A stretch of 62,614 nt of DNA, filler included, from Candidatus Babelota bacterium (GCA_017999075.1; 5 parts of 5 records of this genome joined end to end with filler, not necessarily neighbours in it), one strand, 5' to 3'; positions 1 through 8,853 are shown, counted from the whole stretch's first letter. The notes: generated by a model from the sequence alone, not told the origin. Numbers and translations: made by a program.

Positions 1-1411
1 GAATTAATGGGATTTTTTTTAAATTCAATTTTATATTTATATTTTGATGCTGAATATTATAGGAAAACAGCAATAATGTGTTTTTTATTATTTCGTTTAT
101 ATCTTTATCTTTGAATTTTATTGGAGTTGGTTTTGCAAATTCAAGAAGTTCTTTTACAACGTTGTTTATTCGGTCAATTTGCTTTAATATTATATCTATT
201 TCTTTTAAATCTTGTTTTTTTAAATATCTGTTGTGAATTGTTTGAACCATCATTTTTATCGAACTGAGCGGGTTTCTTATTTCATGTGAAATACCTGCTG
301 TTATCTGACCAGCAACAGCAAGTTTGGCTGTTTTTATCATGTTATCCTGAAGCTGTTTTATTTTTTTATTGTATATTTCTATTTTATCGAGAATATTGTT
401 GAAACTGCCTGCAATCATTCCGAATTCGTCATTTTTTATCAGATTTATTCTGGGTTTAAAATTGTCAAAATTTATGTGCGCCAGAGGTTCAAGTATAAGT
501 TTTAAAGATTCATAAATATCACGCGCAAGAAAAAAATAAATGATAGCTGCTATAATCATGCCGCTTATTACAAAAATTATTAATAAGTTGCGGGAATTAC
601 GTAAAAATATGTTTTCAGAATTTTTTGATAATGCCATTCCCAAACATCCCCAGTATTTATTGTTTAAAAATATAGGTTTTAATATAAGGTAATGTTTGTT
701 TCCGTTTAATGTAATGTCATTGAAAAATATGTTTTCCCTATTTTTTAATTTTTTTAATGTGGAATTGTTTAAATAATCCAAATCATTATATGTGGCTATT
801 ATTTTTTTGTTTTCGTTATAGATTCCGTTTTCCATCCCTGTTAATAATTTGTTTTGGTCTACAAATTTTTTTGAAAATGAAATGCCGGCCATCAATAATC
901 CAGTCAATTTATTATCAAAAAATATTGGCGCTACGGTCCTGATTCCGAAACCTGAATGCCCTTTTTCATAACTGACTCCTGATTTGCCGGAAAGCCCGTA
1001 TTTAATTATGTCCTGGTCAACTTTCATATCTCCGTAAAAACCGGGATTGTGCCCGCGGATGAGAACTACTCCCTGCAGATTTTCTATTTCAATCAAATCA
1101 ACAACGCCGAGATTATATATTTTTACTAATTTTTCTTTTAATGCAGAATAATTTTTGTTTAACAAGAAATCTTTAATTTCAATATCACAGGCGAGTTCTT
1201 TTGAAATTTTAAGGCAATATTCTTCGCGTATCCTGATTTCATTCGAAAATCCTTCAATAGTGTCTTCCATTCTTTTTTCTATTTCAAATTCGGATGATTT
1301 TTTTATAAGATTATACCCGAAAAAAAATGAAATTAGCGCAGGAATAATAACAATAAAAAAAAATGAAAAGAAAATTTTTAAACTTAATTTGTATTTTAAA
1401 AATTTAAACAT
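1..1411 (-). CDS. Membrane sensor histidine kinase (periplasmic sensor, HAMP, HisKA); 3' end runs off the window
   Basis: Not in the ORF track; translated by hand from ATG at 1411 (MFKFLKYKLSLKIFFSFFFIVIIPALISFFFG). Shows a second TM segment, HAMP-like 'KNDEFGMIAGSFNNILDKI' and H-box 'LAVAGQITAGISHEIRNPLSSI...IDRINNVVKELLEFAKP'. Confidence 0.88.
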   Translation of the reverse strand, partial: MFKFLKYKLSLKIFFSFFFIVIIPALISFFFGYNLIKKSSEFEIEKRMEDTIEGFSNEIRIREEYCLKISKELACDIEIKDFLLNKNYSALKEKLVKIYNLGVVDLIEIENLQGVVLIRGHNPGFYGDMKVDQDIIKYGLSGKSGVSYEKGHSGFGIRTVAPIFFDNKLTGLLMAGISFSKKFVDQNKLLTGMENGIYNENKKIIATYNDLDYLNNSTLKKLKNRENIFFNDITLNGNKHYLILKPIFLNNKYWGCLGMALSKNSENIFLRNSRNLLIIFVISGMIIAAIIYFFLARDIYESLKLILEPLAHINFDNFKPRINLIKNDEFGMIAGSFNNILDKIEIYNKKIKQLQDNMIKTAKLAVAGQITAGISHEIRNPLSSIKMMVQTIHNRYLKKQDLKEIDIILKQIDRINNVVKELLEFAKPTPIKFKDKDINEIIKNTLLLFSYNIQHQNINIKLNLKKIPLI

Positions 1412-1586
1412 CTGTATTATTATATTTTTGTTTGATAAAAAATACAACTTATTATAAAATTTTTACTTGTTTTTTTATATTGAAAACTTAAAAGAATTAT
1501 ATAAAAATCTTGATTTATTTAAGATATGGAGTAAAATAATTTGTATAGATTAAATTAATTAAAGTATATTTATACAGATAAAAAAA

Positions 1587-2486
1587 ATGAATGAAATAAG
1601 AAAAGAGAATATATTTAATAACTCGTTAGTTAGCAAAGTTGGAAATCTTACTTCTGTTCTGGTGGAAGATAATCTTTTGAAAATTATGGCTAAAGATAAA
1701 AAATCAGAAGGAGAAGAAGAACTGAATGAATACCAGCGTTTTTTAAAAGAACGCCAGGGTTCTATTTATGGAGATATAATATTCAGTTTGACAGGGATCA
1801 GATTTGAAGAAAATGAAGCTGTTAACAGGTGGAATGATTTACTTAAACATAAATATGAAATTTCCACCAAGCTCGGTAGAAATGTTGGAATAAAAGTGTC
1901 TGCGATAGATTATTTTTATAACATTACAAAAGAACTCGATGATTTTACTGTTGTTGATAATAAAAATTTTGTCGATACCAAAATTAAAACTATTATAGAT
2001 TTGCATACCGGTGCGTTTAATAAAGATTTTTTGATAAATTATCTTACTGAACTATGTAGCATAGGGAAACTTAAAAATTATGTTTTTTCTGTTTTGTTTT
2101 TTGATTTGGACAATTATAAGAAATTTAATGATACTTTCGGGCATATATTAGGTGATTATCTGCTGATAAGCCTTGTGAATTTTATTAAAAAAAGATTGAA
2201 TGAACACGATTTGATATTCAGGTTTGGGGGAGAAGAATTTGTTGTTTTTTTTGCTAAACTTGATAAATCTGAAGCTTATAAGAAATCGGTGGAATTATGC
2301 AGAGATATAGCTGAAAATAATTTTCAGGATGAATTGAAAACATGCAATCCTGTCCATATTACTATAAGCGACGGACTCGTAACATTTCCTGAAAATGGAA
2401 CAGATCCTTTTGAACTTCTTGAACTTGCTGATGGTTATCTGTATAAATCAAAGCGGTTTGGTAAAAATAAGATACTTATAGAATAA
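1587..2486 (+). CDS. Diguanylate cyclase (GGEEF) with uncharacterised N-terminal domain
   Basis: 'FFDLDNYKKFNDTFGHILGD', 'FRFGGEEF', 'ADGYLYKSKRFGKN'. Confidence 0.9.
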   Translation: MNEIRKENIFNNSLVSKVGNLTSVLVEDNLLKIMAKDKKSEGEEELNEYQRFLKERQGSIYGDIIFSLTGIRFEENEAVNRWNDLLKHKYEISTKLGRNVGIKVSAIDYFYNITKELDDFTVVDNKNFVDTKIKTIIDLHTGAFNKDFLINYLTELCSIGKLKNYVFSVLFFDLDNYKKFNDTFGHILGDYLLISLVNFIKKRLNEHDLIFRFGGEEFVVFFAKLDKSEAYKKSVELCRDIAENNFQDELKTCNPVHITISDGLVTFPENGTDPFELLELADGYLYKSKRFGKNKILIE

Positions 2487-2490
2487 ACTT

Positions 2491-2904
2491 ATGTTTAATG
2501 TTTCTGAACAAAAAGAAAAATTTTTATTTGAAAAAATGAGTATGCTTGGAATTAGTGAATCTGATATTGAAGAAACTTTTGTGAAATCTTCAGGACCAGG
2601 CGGCCAGAAAATAAATAAAACTTCCACTTGCGTATGTTTGATCCACAAACCTACAGGAACTATTGTCAAATGTTCATCATCAAGGCAGCAATCGCTTAAC
2701 AGGTATTATGCCAGGCAGATTTTGGTAAAAAAAATAGATGCCCTGGTTAATGGAAAAATAAGCGAAGAAAAACGTAAAATAGAAAAGTTGCGGAGACAGA
2801 AGTATAAACGTTCAAAACGGGCTAAAGAAAAAATTCTTGCCGACAAAAAACATAAAAGTAAAATGAAACAGAACAGATCTGTTATATCCATTTTTTCCAT
2901 TTGA
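2491..2904 (+). CDS. GGQ peptidyl-tRNA hydrolase / ribosome rescue factor (ArfB-like, RF-1 domain)
   Basis: 'ETFVKSSGPGGQKINKTSTCV', 'RQQSLNR', long basic C-terminal tail. Confidence 0.88.
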   Translation: MFNVSEQKEKFLFEKMSMLGISESDIEETFVKSSGPGGQKINKTSTCVCLIHKPTGTIVKCSSSRQQSLNRYYARQILVKKIDALVNGKISEEKRKIEKLRRQKYKRSKRAKEKILADKKHKSKMKQNRSVISIFSI

Positions 2905-3859
2905 AAAATTGGTAGGTGCAGCCGGCAATTCCTGCTGAAATAAGCAGAAATATTAAATATTGAATTAACCAGCTGTCAGAAGACGCTCCGGTTATCATTG
3001 ACCATTCCGACATTCCTCCTATTCCTGAAAGCAGAGTTAACGGCATGAATATAGTTGTAATAAATGTCAGGCGTTTCATAACTTTGTTCATTTTGTATGA
3101 CGAAATAGATAAATGCGCGTTTAATGTGTCATTCCCCATTTCAATATAATCTGCAAGAATATTTCTTATTCTTTGAAGATTATTGGTTAAATCGTTAAAA
3201 TAAGCTATACTCTCATTTGAAAAATATTTGTTTTCAAATTTCATAATTTCGTTCATAACTGAAAGTTGAGGTATTAACACTTTTTTTATGATTGATAAAC
3301 TTCGTTTTAATTTATAAATATCATTTATAGTATCGTGTTCCGTAGAAGTTAAAACTTCATTTTCCACTTCATTTAGCTTTTTATTGATACTTGATAAAAC
3401 AGGGTAATAGCTGTCAACTTTAGCAGTTAAAATAAACGCTACCAGAAAATCTATTCCTTTGATCAGGTTTTCATCGAGATTAAGCAGCTTTGTCTTTATG
3501 TCGTCTAAATGCTGAATAGGTTTTAAGTGATTGGTTACCAGAAAATTTTTCCCCACAAAAAAATCGAGTTCCCATGTTGCAGTTCTTAATTCTTGTTCAT
3601 GGTAAAACAAAGAATGAAACACTATAAATAAATAATTTTCATATTCGTCGATTTTGGGGTGATCGATAAATATCCCGCAATCTTCAATTGTTAAAGGATG
3701 AAAATTAAAAAATTGTTCAAGAATTAAGTCTGATTCGTTTTTGTTTGCTGCATTTAAATCTATCCATATAAATCCTTTTGCGGGTGGATAAATTTTTTTT
3801 AATTCGTCGCATGAAATTTTTTTTGCCGAGTCGCCGTTATAATATGTTATATCAATCAT
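2882..3859 (-). CDS. corA: CorA-family divalent cation transporter
   Basis: 'WIDL', 'FHPLTIEDC...HPKIDEY', 'MNKVMKRLTFITTIFMPLTLLSGIGGMS' and two C-terminal TM helices; the GMN motif reads GMS. Confidence 0.88.
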   Translation of the reverse strand: MIDITYYNGDSAKKISCDELKKIYPPAKGFIWIDLNAANKNESDLILEQFFNFHPLTIEDCGIFIDHPKIDEYENYLFIVFHSLFYHEQELRTATWELDFFVGKNFLVTNHLKPIQHLDDIKTKLLNLDENLIKGIDFLVAFILTAKVDSYYPVLSSINKKLNEVENEVLTSTEHDTINDIYKLKRSLSIIKKVLIPQLSVMNEIMKFENKYFSNESIAYFNDLTNNLQRIRNILADYIEMGNDTLNAHLSISSYKMNKVMKRLTFITTIFMPLTLLSGIGGMSEWSMITGASSDSWLIQYLIFLLISAGIAGCTYQFFKWKKWI

Positions 3860-3887
3860 ATTTTAACTTTCTTAAAATATAATTTGA

Positions 3888-6128
3888 TTAAAAAATATTA
3901 CTGGGTTTATAAATAACATTTTCATTAATAGAAGCAATGTCCGGGCAGCCTGTTAAGAGCATTGATTTTTCGAGTTGTTTTTTTATATCGTCAATATACA
4001 TTTTCACTCCTGTTTCTCCACCGCCAACCGCATAAATAATTACAGGTCTTGCGATAAGAACTGAGGATGCCCCTAATGCTATTGCTTTTAAAATATCTTC
4101 ACCTGTTCTGAATCCGCCGTCAACAAGAACAGGTATTTTATTATTTATTATTTTTATTATATTTGGAAGTATTTCTATAGTTGAAGGAAGATTGTCTATT
4201 GTTCTGCCCCCGTGGTTTGATACTATTATAGATGAAGCTCCGCATTCTAAAGCTGCTTCGGCGTCTTCTTCAGACATAATACCTTTTAATATAAAATTCA
4301 ATCCGGAATTTTTTATTAATTGAGATAATTCCTGAATTCCCCGCGATTTGGTTTTATTTCCTTTCATAGACATTGTGGTGAACATCAGCGCGTCAACATC
4401 AATCCCTATAGTTTTAACAGAATATTTTTTTGAAAGTTCGATTCTTTCGTAAAGGTCCTTATCATAAAATCTTGGTTTGAAAATAGGAATAGCCCATCCT
4501 CCGAATTCGCTTATTGCCTGAAATATTGTTTTATATTTGTTTGTGCTGGCTCCGTCTCCTACAAATGCTATTGTTCCTGCTTTGCATGCGCCGCCGATAA
4601 CATATCTTGTGTAATCAAGTTCAGATACACATCCGTTTAGATTGGTTACTGCTCCTGTTACAGGAGCTATCATAACAGGAAGTTTTAAACTGTATTCAAG
4701 AAATTTTACAGAAGTATCTATTTCATTTATTGAATGAATAACACGTTGTTTGAGATTTATTTTTTGAAGAGCTTTAACGTTATTTATAAAAGTCTGGCCT
4801 GTGCCTGCTGAACCCATACCAGGCATTTGTCCGGCGCATATGACTCCGTTGCATATTTTGCATATGCTGCATATCCCGTAAAGTTTGCTTTTTGCTTTAT
4901 TTTTTATTTGATCAATTGTTATTTCAGGAGGCGGTCCGACTTCAATATTTATGTAGGACATAGCTTCTTTAACAATGCTTTCAGCTTTTTCCAAAGTTTC
5001 TCCTACAGCAATTATATTGCCTGCTTTATCCATATTTGAAGTAGGAGAATATATTATGTCTCCTATTTCAACTTTCATAAATATGTTTTTTACGCCTTTT
5101 ACCTGTGAGGCTTTTTCAATCCCGTCAATTTTTAATATTTGTCCGGGGTTTGGAATAATAGCTCGTTCAACAGAATAAAAATAATTGGTGAATTTTCTTA
5201 TTATAGGTTTTATTCCAAGGGCGATTTGAATTGCATATTTTATTATGCTTTCACCGGTAGAATACGGAAATGTATATGCAGACATGAATCCGCCGGATAA
5301 CCTTGCGGCAAGTTCTCCGATTTTTGGACCTGTTTCTGTTATTTTAATATCGCCTTTAGCAGCGCCTGTATCGATACCTAATGCTTTACAACCCTTAATC
5401 ATTACTTCAAGAGCTTCATTAATAATTTTCTGATCAAGTGAAGACGGTAAAGTATGACCTATTTCAATAAAATAAGGTTCTCTTGTGATTATTCTGTCTG
5501 CAATTCCGTATATTACAGGTTTGTTTTCCCATAAAAGCATATCTATGCTTAGTTCAGGTCCATTCATATATTTTTCAATGATTATTTCGCCGCTTGGAGA
5601 TGCTGATTTGGCCTCTGAAAAAGCTCCGAACAGTTCGTCTTCATTTGAAACTTTTTTAACTCCGCGGGCGCCCATATTGTCAGAAGGTTTTATAACAAGG
5701 GGAAACCCTAATTTATTAGAAAATCTTATGGCTTCATCGTATGTCCATATTCCGTAAAAATCAGGAGACGGAACTTTATGTTTTTTAAATGCATGACGCA
5801 TTTTTATTTTATTGGTAGCTCGTTCGGCAACTTCAAATTTTAAACCAGGAAGACCTAAAGCGTTTGACACTGCTGCGACTGTCATTGAAGCGTCTGTTCC
5901 GACAGTTATAACTCCATCGATTTTCATGTATCCTGAATAATTTTTTGCTACCCGGACAGCTCCTTCGATATCTTTTGTGCTCATAACTATAGGAATATCG
6001 GCAATCTGCATTCCTATAGCGCTTGAATCGTAATCAAGCACTATTGTCTTTAAACCCATATCGCGCGCAATTCTGATTGCCGGTTCCTGCATTATCCCGG
6101 CGCCGATTATCATTAATGTTTTTTTCAT
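3888..6128 (-). CDS. Fusion of an ATP-grasp ligase domain and an FMN-dependent alpha-hydroxy-acid dehydrogenase domain
   Basis: N-half: 'IIGAGIMQ', 'NKIKMR', 'GFPLVIKPSDNMGARGV', 'IIEKYMNGPELSID', 'IGELAARLSGG'. C-half: 'ILKGIMS', 'VSNHGGR', 'VLVDGGFRTGEDILKAIALGA', 'IARP'. Confidence 0.85.
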   Translation of the reverse strand: MKKTLMIIGAGIMQEPAIRIARDMGLKTIVLDYDSSAIGMQIADIPIVMSTKDIEGAVRVAKNYSGYMKIDGVITVGTDASMTVAAVSNALGLPGLKFEVAERATNKIKMRHAFKKHKVPSPDFYGIWTYDEAIRFSNKLGFPLVIKPSDNMGARGVKKVSNEDELFGAFSEAKSASPSGEIIIEKYMNGPELSIDMLLWENKPVIYGIADRIITREPYFIEIGHTLPSSLDQKIINEALEVMIKGCKALGIDTGAAKGDIKITETGPKIGELAARLSGGFMSAYTFPYSTGESIIKYAIQIALGIKPIIRKFTNYFYSVERAIIPNPGQILKIDGIEKASQVKGVKNIFMKVEIGDIIYSPTSNMDKAGNIIAVGETLEKAESIVKEAMSYINIEVGPPPEITIDQIKNKAKSKLYGICSICKICNGVICAGQMPGMGSAGTGQTFINNVKALQKINLKQRVIHSINEIDTSVKFLEYSLKLPVMIAPVTGAVTNLNGCVSELDYTRYVIGGACKAGTIAFVGDGASTNKYKTIFQAISEFGGWAIPIFKPRFYDKDLYERIELSKKYSVKTIGIDVDALMFTTMSMKGNKTKSRGIQELSQLIKNSGLNFILKGIMSEEDAEAALECGASSIIVSNHGGRTIDNLPSTIEILPNIIKIINNKIPVLVDGGFRTGEDILKAIALGASSVLIARPVIIYAVGGGETGVKMYIDDIKKQLEKSMLLTGCPDIASINENVIYKPSNIF

Positions 6129-6166
6129 ATCGACATATTAAATTAGGTTGTTTCAAAAATCAACTG

Positions 6167-7051
6167 TTATTTGAGAATTCCTTCATTCCAAATGGCTGCG
6201 CATAATATTGCTGTCATTTGAGAAACTATTGAAACACTGTCGAATTTTTTTGGAATGCATATATTGGCAGCTTCTGATACAATTATAAAATCCCTATATA
6301 ATTCTCTTAAATCGCGTTTTCCCATATCATTCGTGTTTGACCAGTGATTAACGCAATCAACTATAATGTCTTCGTCCTGTTTAAGAATATCGCTTAAAGG
6401 AGAATATTTTTTTGTTTTGGAAGATGATAATTTTGCGCGTTCAGTGATTTCAAGTAAATCGGACATTAAAGATTTCGCATCTTCGGCTGATCCTTTGGCG
6501 CATAATTTTATGAAATCGTCTGTAAGAGTCCATCTTGCAGGTTTATGGTCTTTATTGCTTAATAAAATTGCAAAATATTCCTTGATATTTTTGTTTTTTT
6601 TGTCTACATTCCAGCATCTCTGCTTTAAAAAATTATCGTTGTATTTGCTGAATAAAATATTTTTGTCGATTGGATCGTTTATTATGAATTTTTTTTCAGA
6701 ATCAGAATAACCCAGCAAAGCTATCCAATGATTGAAATTGTCAACACTTAAAATTGCAGGGAAACCGTTCGATATATGTTCTTTAAGTTTTTTTATATAA
6801 ATTCCGCCTTTGTTTTTACTGGAAAAAATAAGAAATTCGCTTTTAACTCCAAATGCTGAAGCAGCGCGTTTTAAAGCTAATTCATCACATCCGCCTTTTT
6901 TTCTCTGCCACCAGCTTAATCCTGTGGAATCAGCTATTTGATGCTGGTTGGCATCTTTTCCAAGTATGAAAAAACAATAACTCATACTGCATGGGCCACA
7001 ATAAGATTCTTCCTGTAACTCCTGAAAAATTGAAAATGTTTCGCCGGACAA
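6167..7051 (-). CDS. Papain-fold (C39-like) cysteine peptidase domain plus unknown C-terminal domain
   Basis: 'QEESYCGPCSM' (Q..C), 'NHWIALLGY' (H), 'IINDP' (D); TTG start preceded by 'caggag'. Confidence 0.7.
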   Translation of the reverse strand: MSGETFSIFQELQEESYCGPCSMSYCFFILGKDANQHQIADSTGLSWWQRKKGGCDELALKRAASAFGVKSEFLIFSSKNKGGIYIKKLKEHISNGFPAILSVDNFNHWIALLGYSDSEKKFIINDPIDKNILFSKYNDNFLKQRCWNVDKKNKNIKEYFAILLSNKDHKPARWTLTDDFIKLCAKGSAEDAKSLMSDLLEITERAKLSSSKTKKYSPLSDILKQDEDIIVDCVNHWSNTNDMGKRDLRELYRDFIIVSEAANICIPKKFDSVSIVSQMTAILCAAIWNEGILK

Positions 7052-7108
7052 TTTTTTTCTCCTGATAGAATAAGTTTATAATATTTTGCGCAGATTTTGA
7101 ATTTGTTA

Positions 7109-8467
7109 TTACTGTTTAACTGCTTTGTTGAACAGCATACGCGTTAAATCTTTGACAATATGACATACTTTATCGTCTGAAGTAATCATATCTTTTATTT
7201 TACCGCATGCATGGGTTATAGTAGCTTTATCAACTTTTCCGAAATCCGTAGATATTTTTTTTAAGCTGAAATCAGTGAGTTCTCTGCATAAATACATAGC
7301 TATATGCTTTGGGAGAATAATATCTTTTACTCTTGTTTTTGATTTTAAATCATCGCAATTTATATTAAAATACTGTGATACCTGTTTTTGGATTTCATTT
7401 ATAGTGATTATTTCAGGCATGGTAGTTATTCGTGCAAATATTTCGTCAATTACTGATTCGCTTATGTTTTTTTTTGTGACTGATAAATACGCTATTAATT
7501 TGTTCGAATATACGTCGATTTTTTTTAAATCGTCTGTATGGCACTGTTCGATAAAATATGATATGAGTTCTTCAGGAAAATACATTTCACATTCATTAAA
7601 TTTATTTTTTATATATTCTGTTTTTAAAGATTTATCTGGATTTTTTATATCTACAACAAGACCTGTTTTGAACCTGTTAATAAGTCTCGGCATAAATTCC
7701 ATAAGTTTATCCGGTCTGTGTTTTGATGTAATAACTAATTGAAAATTGTTTTGAATCAAATCATTGTATATGTTAAAAAATTCTTCCTGCACATTGTAGC
7801 AGCCTTCAAGTTCTTCAATATTTTCCATAATAAATATATCTGCTTTTCTGAATCTTTCGCGGAATTCTATAAGATTGTTTTTGCGCATTGAACTTAGATA
7901 AAGTTCTTTGAAAGAATGTGCATCGAAATATTTTAGGTTGATTTGAGGAAATATATTTTTTACATATTTAGCTATTGACTGAACCAGATGGGTTTTCCCG
8001 CAGCCGGTGTTTCCGTATAAAAAAAACGGATTGAATAATGAACCGAGGTTTTGAGTTACATTTATTGCGCTTATGTAAGCAAATTTATTTGTGTCTGCAA
8101 CAATAAAGTTTTCGAAATCGAATTTTGGTTCAAGTTTATTGATTACTTTGTTTGTATAAAAAAGTTCAAGCTGAACAGGTTTCTGATTATAAGTGCATTT
8201 TAAATTGCCGTTAATCTTTTTTTCACGGATGGAATATTCAATGTTTTTAAGGGGAATACTCATTTTTTCCGCAGCTATAAAAAATATTGAATGGAACAAA
8301 TTTTTTAATTTAGAGTTGAAAAATGAATTTTCTCCTATTATCTGAAGATAATAATTGGAATATTCAAACTCAAGGTTTTCAATCCAAAATTTGTATTTTG
8401 AATCGTCTTTAATAAGTTTTTTTAATTCGTTTTTATATAAATCAGCGTTAAAATTTGTGAACGCCAC
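7109..8467 (-). CDS. Divergent DnaA paralogue (all four domains present, catalytic and DNA-reading motifs degenerate)
   Basis: 'FDFENFIV', 'FNPFFLYGNTGCGKTHL', 'QEEFFNIYN', 'RLINRFKTGL', domain IV 'HIAMYLCRELTDFSL'. No dnaN nearby, and Walker B, sensor I/II and RDHTT are altered, so the dnaA symbol is withheld. Confidence 0.85.
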   Translation of the reverse strand: MAFTNFNADLYKNELKKLIKDDSKYKFWIENLEFEYSNYYLQIIGENSFFNSKLKNLFHSIFFIAAEKMSIPLKNIEYSIREKKINGNLKCTYNQKPVQLELFYTNKVINKLEPKFDFENFIVADTNKFAYISAINVTQNLGSLFNPFFLYGNTGCGKTHLVQSIAKYVKNIFPQINLKYFDAHSFKELYLSSMRKNNLIEFRERFRKADIFIMENIEELEGCYNVQEEFFNIYNDLIQNNFQLVITSKHRPDKLMEFMPRLINRFKTGLVVDIKNPDKSLKTEYIKNKFNECEMYFPEELISYFIEQCHTDDLKKIDVYSNKLIAYLSVTKKNISESVIDEIFARITTMPEIITINEIQKQVSQYFNINCDDLKSKTRVKDIILPKHIAMYLCRELTDFSLKKISTDFGKVDKATITHACGKIKDMITSDDKVCHIVKDLTRMLFNKAVKQ

Positions 8468-8490
8468 TAATTATCACCGGCATTGTATTA

Positions 8491-8638
8491 AAAAAGAATG
8501 GGGATGACCAATAAGTTGATTTTTATAATGTAAATCAATGCTCTGCATTGATTAAACTGTTTAGTATCAACTATAAAATTTTCCTCAAACCTGAGATTTG
8601 AGTTACTTTTTCAACTTATTAGTCAGTCCCAACTTTTT
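8491..8638 (-). repeat. Structured intergenic element: ~20-bp terminal inverted repeat enclosing two hairpins
   Basis: 8500-8519 GGGGATGACCAATAAGTTGA versus 8611-8630 TCAACTTATTAGTCAGTCCC (17/20 complementary). Inner stems 8533-8541/8545-8553 (9 bp perfect) and 8584-8589/8597-8602. Confidence 0.7.
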
Positions 8639-8666
8639 GTTTAAATATTTAATCATGAAAAATTAT

Positions 8667-8740
8667 TACGCCCAAGAGGAGTCGAACCTCTAACCTTCTG
8701 GTCCGTAGCCAGACACTCTATCCAGTTGAGCTATGGGCGC
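8667..8740 (-). tRNA. tRNA-Arg (anticodon ACG), CCA not encoded
   Basis: Reverse complement GCGCCCATAGCTCAACTGGATAGAGTGTCTGGCTACGGACCAGAAGGTTAGAGGTTCGACTCCTCTTGGGCGTA; acceptor GCGCCCA/TGGGCGT, anticodon arm TCTGG-CTACGGA-CCAGA, T-loop GTTCGAC. Confidence 0.97.
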
Positions 8741-8853
8741 AACTTGTTATTTTAACTTTGAATTCCGCAATTTATAAACTGAATAGAATATAATTCTTGA
8801 AATTAAAGTTAAATTATTTTTAATTATTATAATCTTTAATTCTGATATTCCCG

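Noticed and set aside
757-1457. Plus-strand ORFs 757-942 and 1155-1457
   Set aside because: They are antisense shadows of the minus-strand histidine kinase (1-1411).
7052-8666. oriC next to the dnaA-like gene
   Set aside because: I saw no TTATCCACA-type box cluster in either flank and no dnaN, rpmH, recF or gyrB.
8640-8760. tRNA-Arg as an integration site for an island or prophage
   Set aside because: No integrase and no duplicated tRNA 3' end were seen in the contig.
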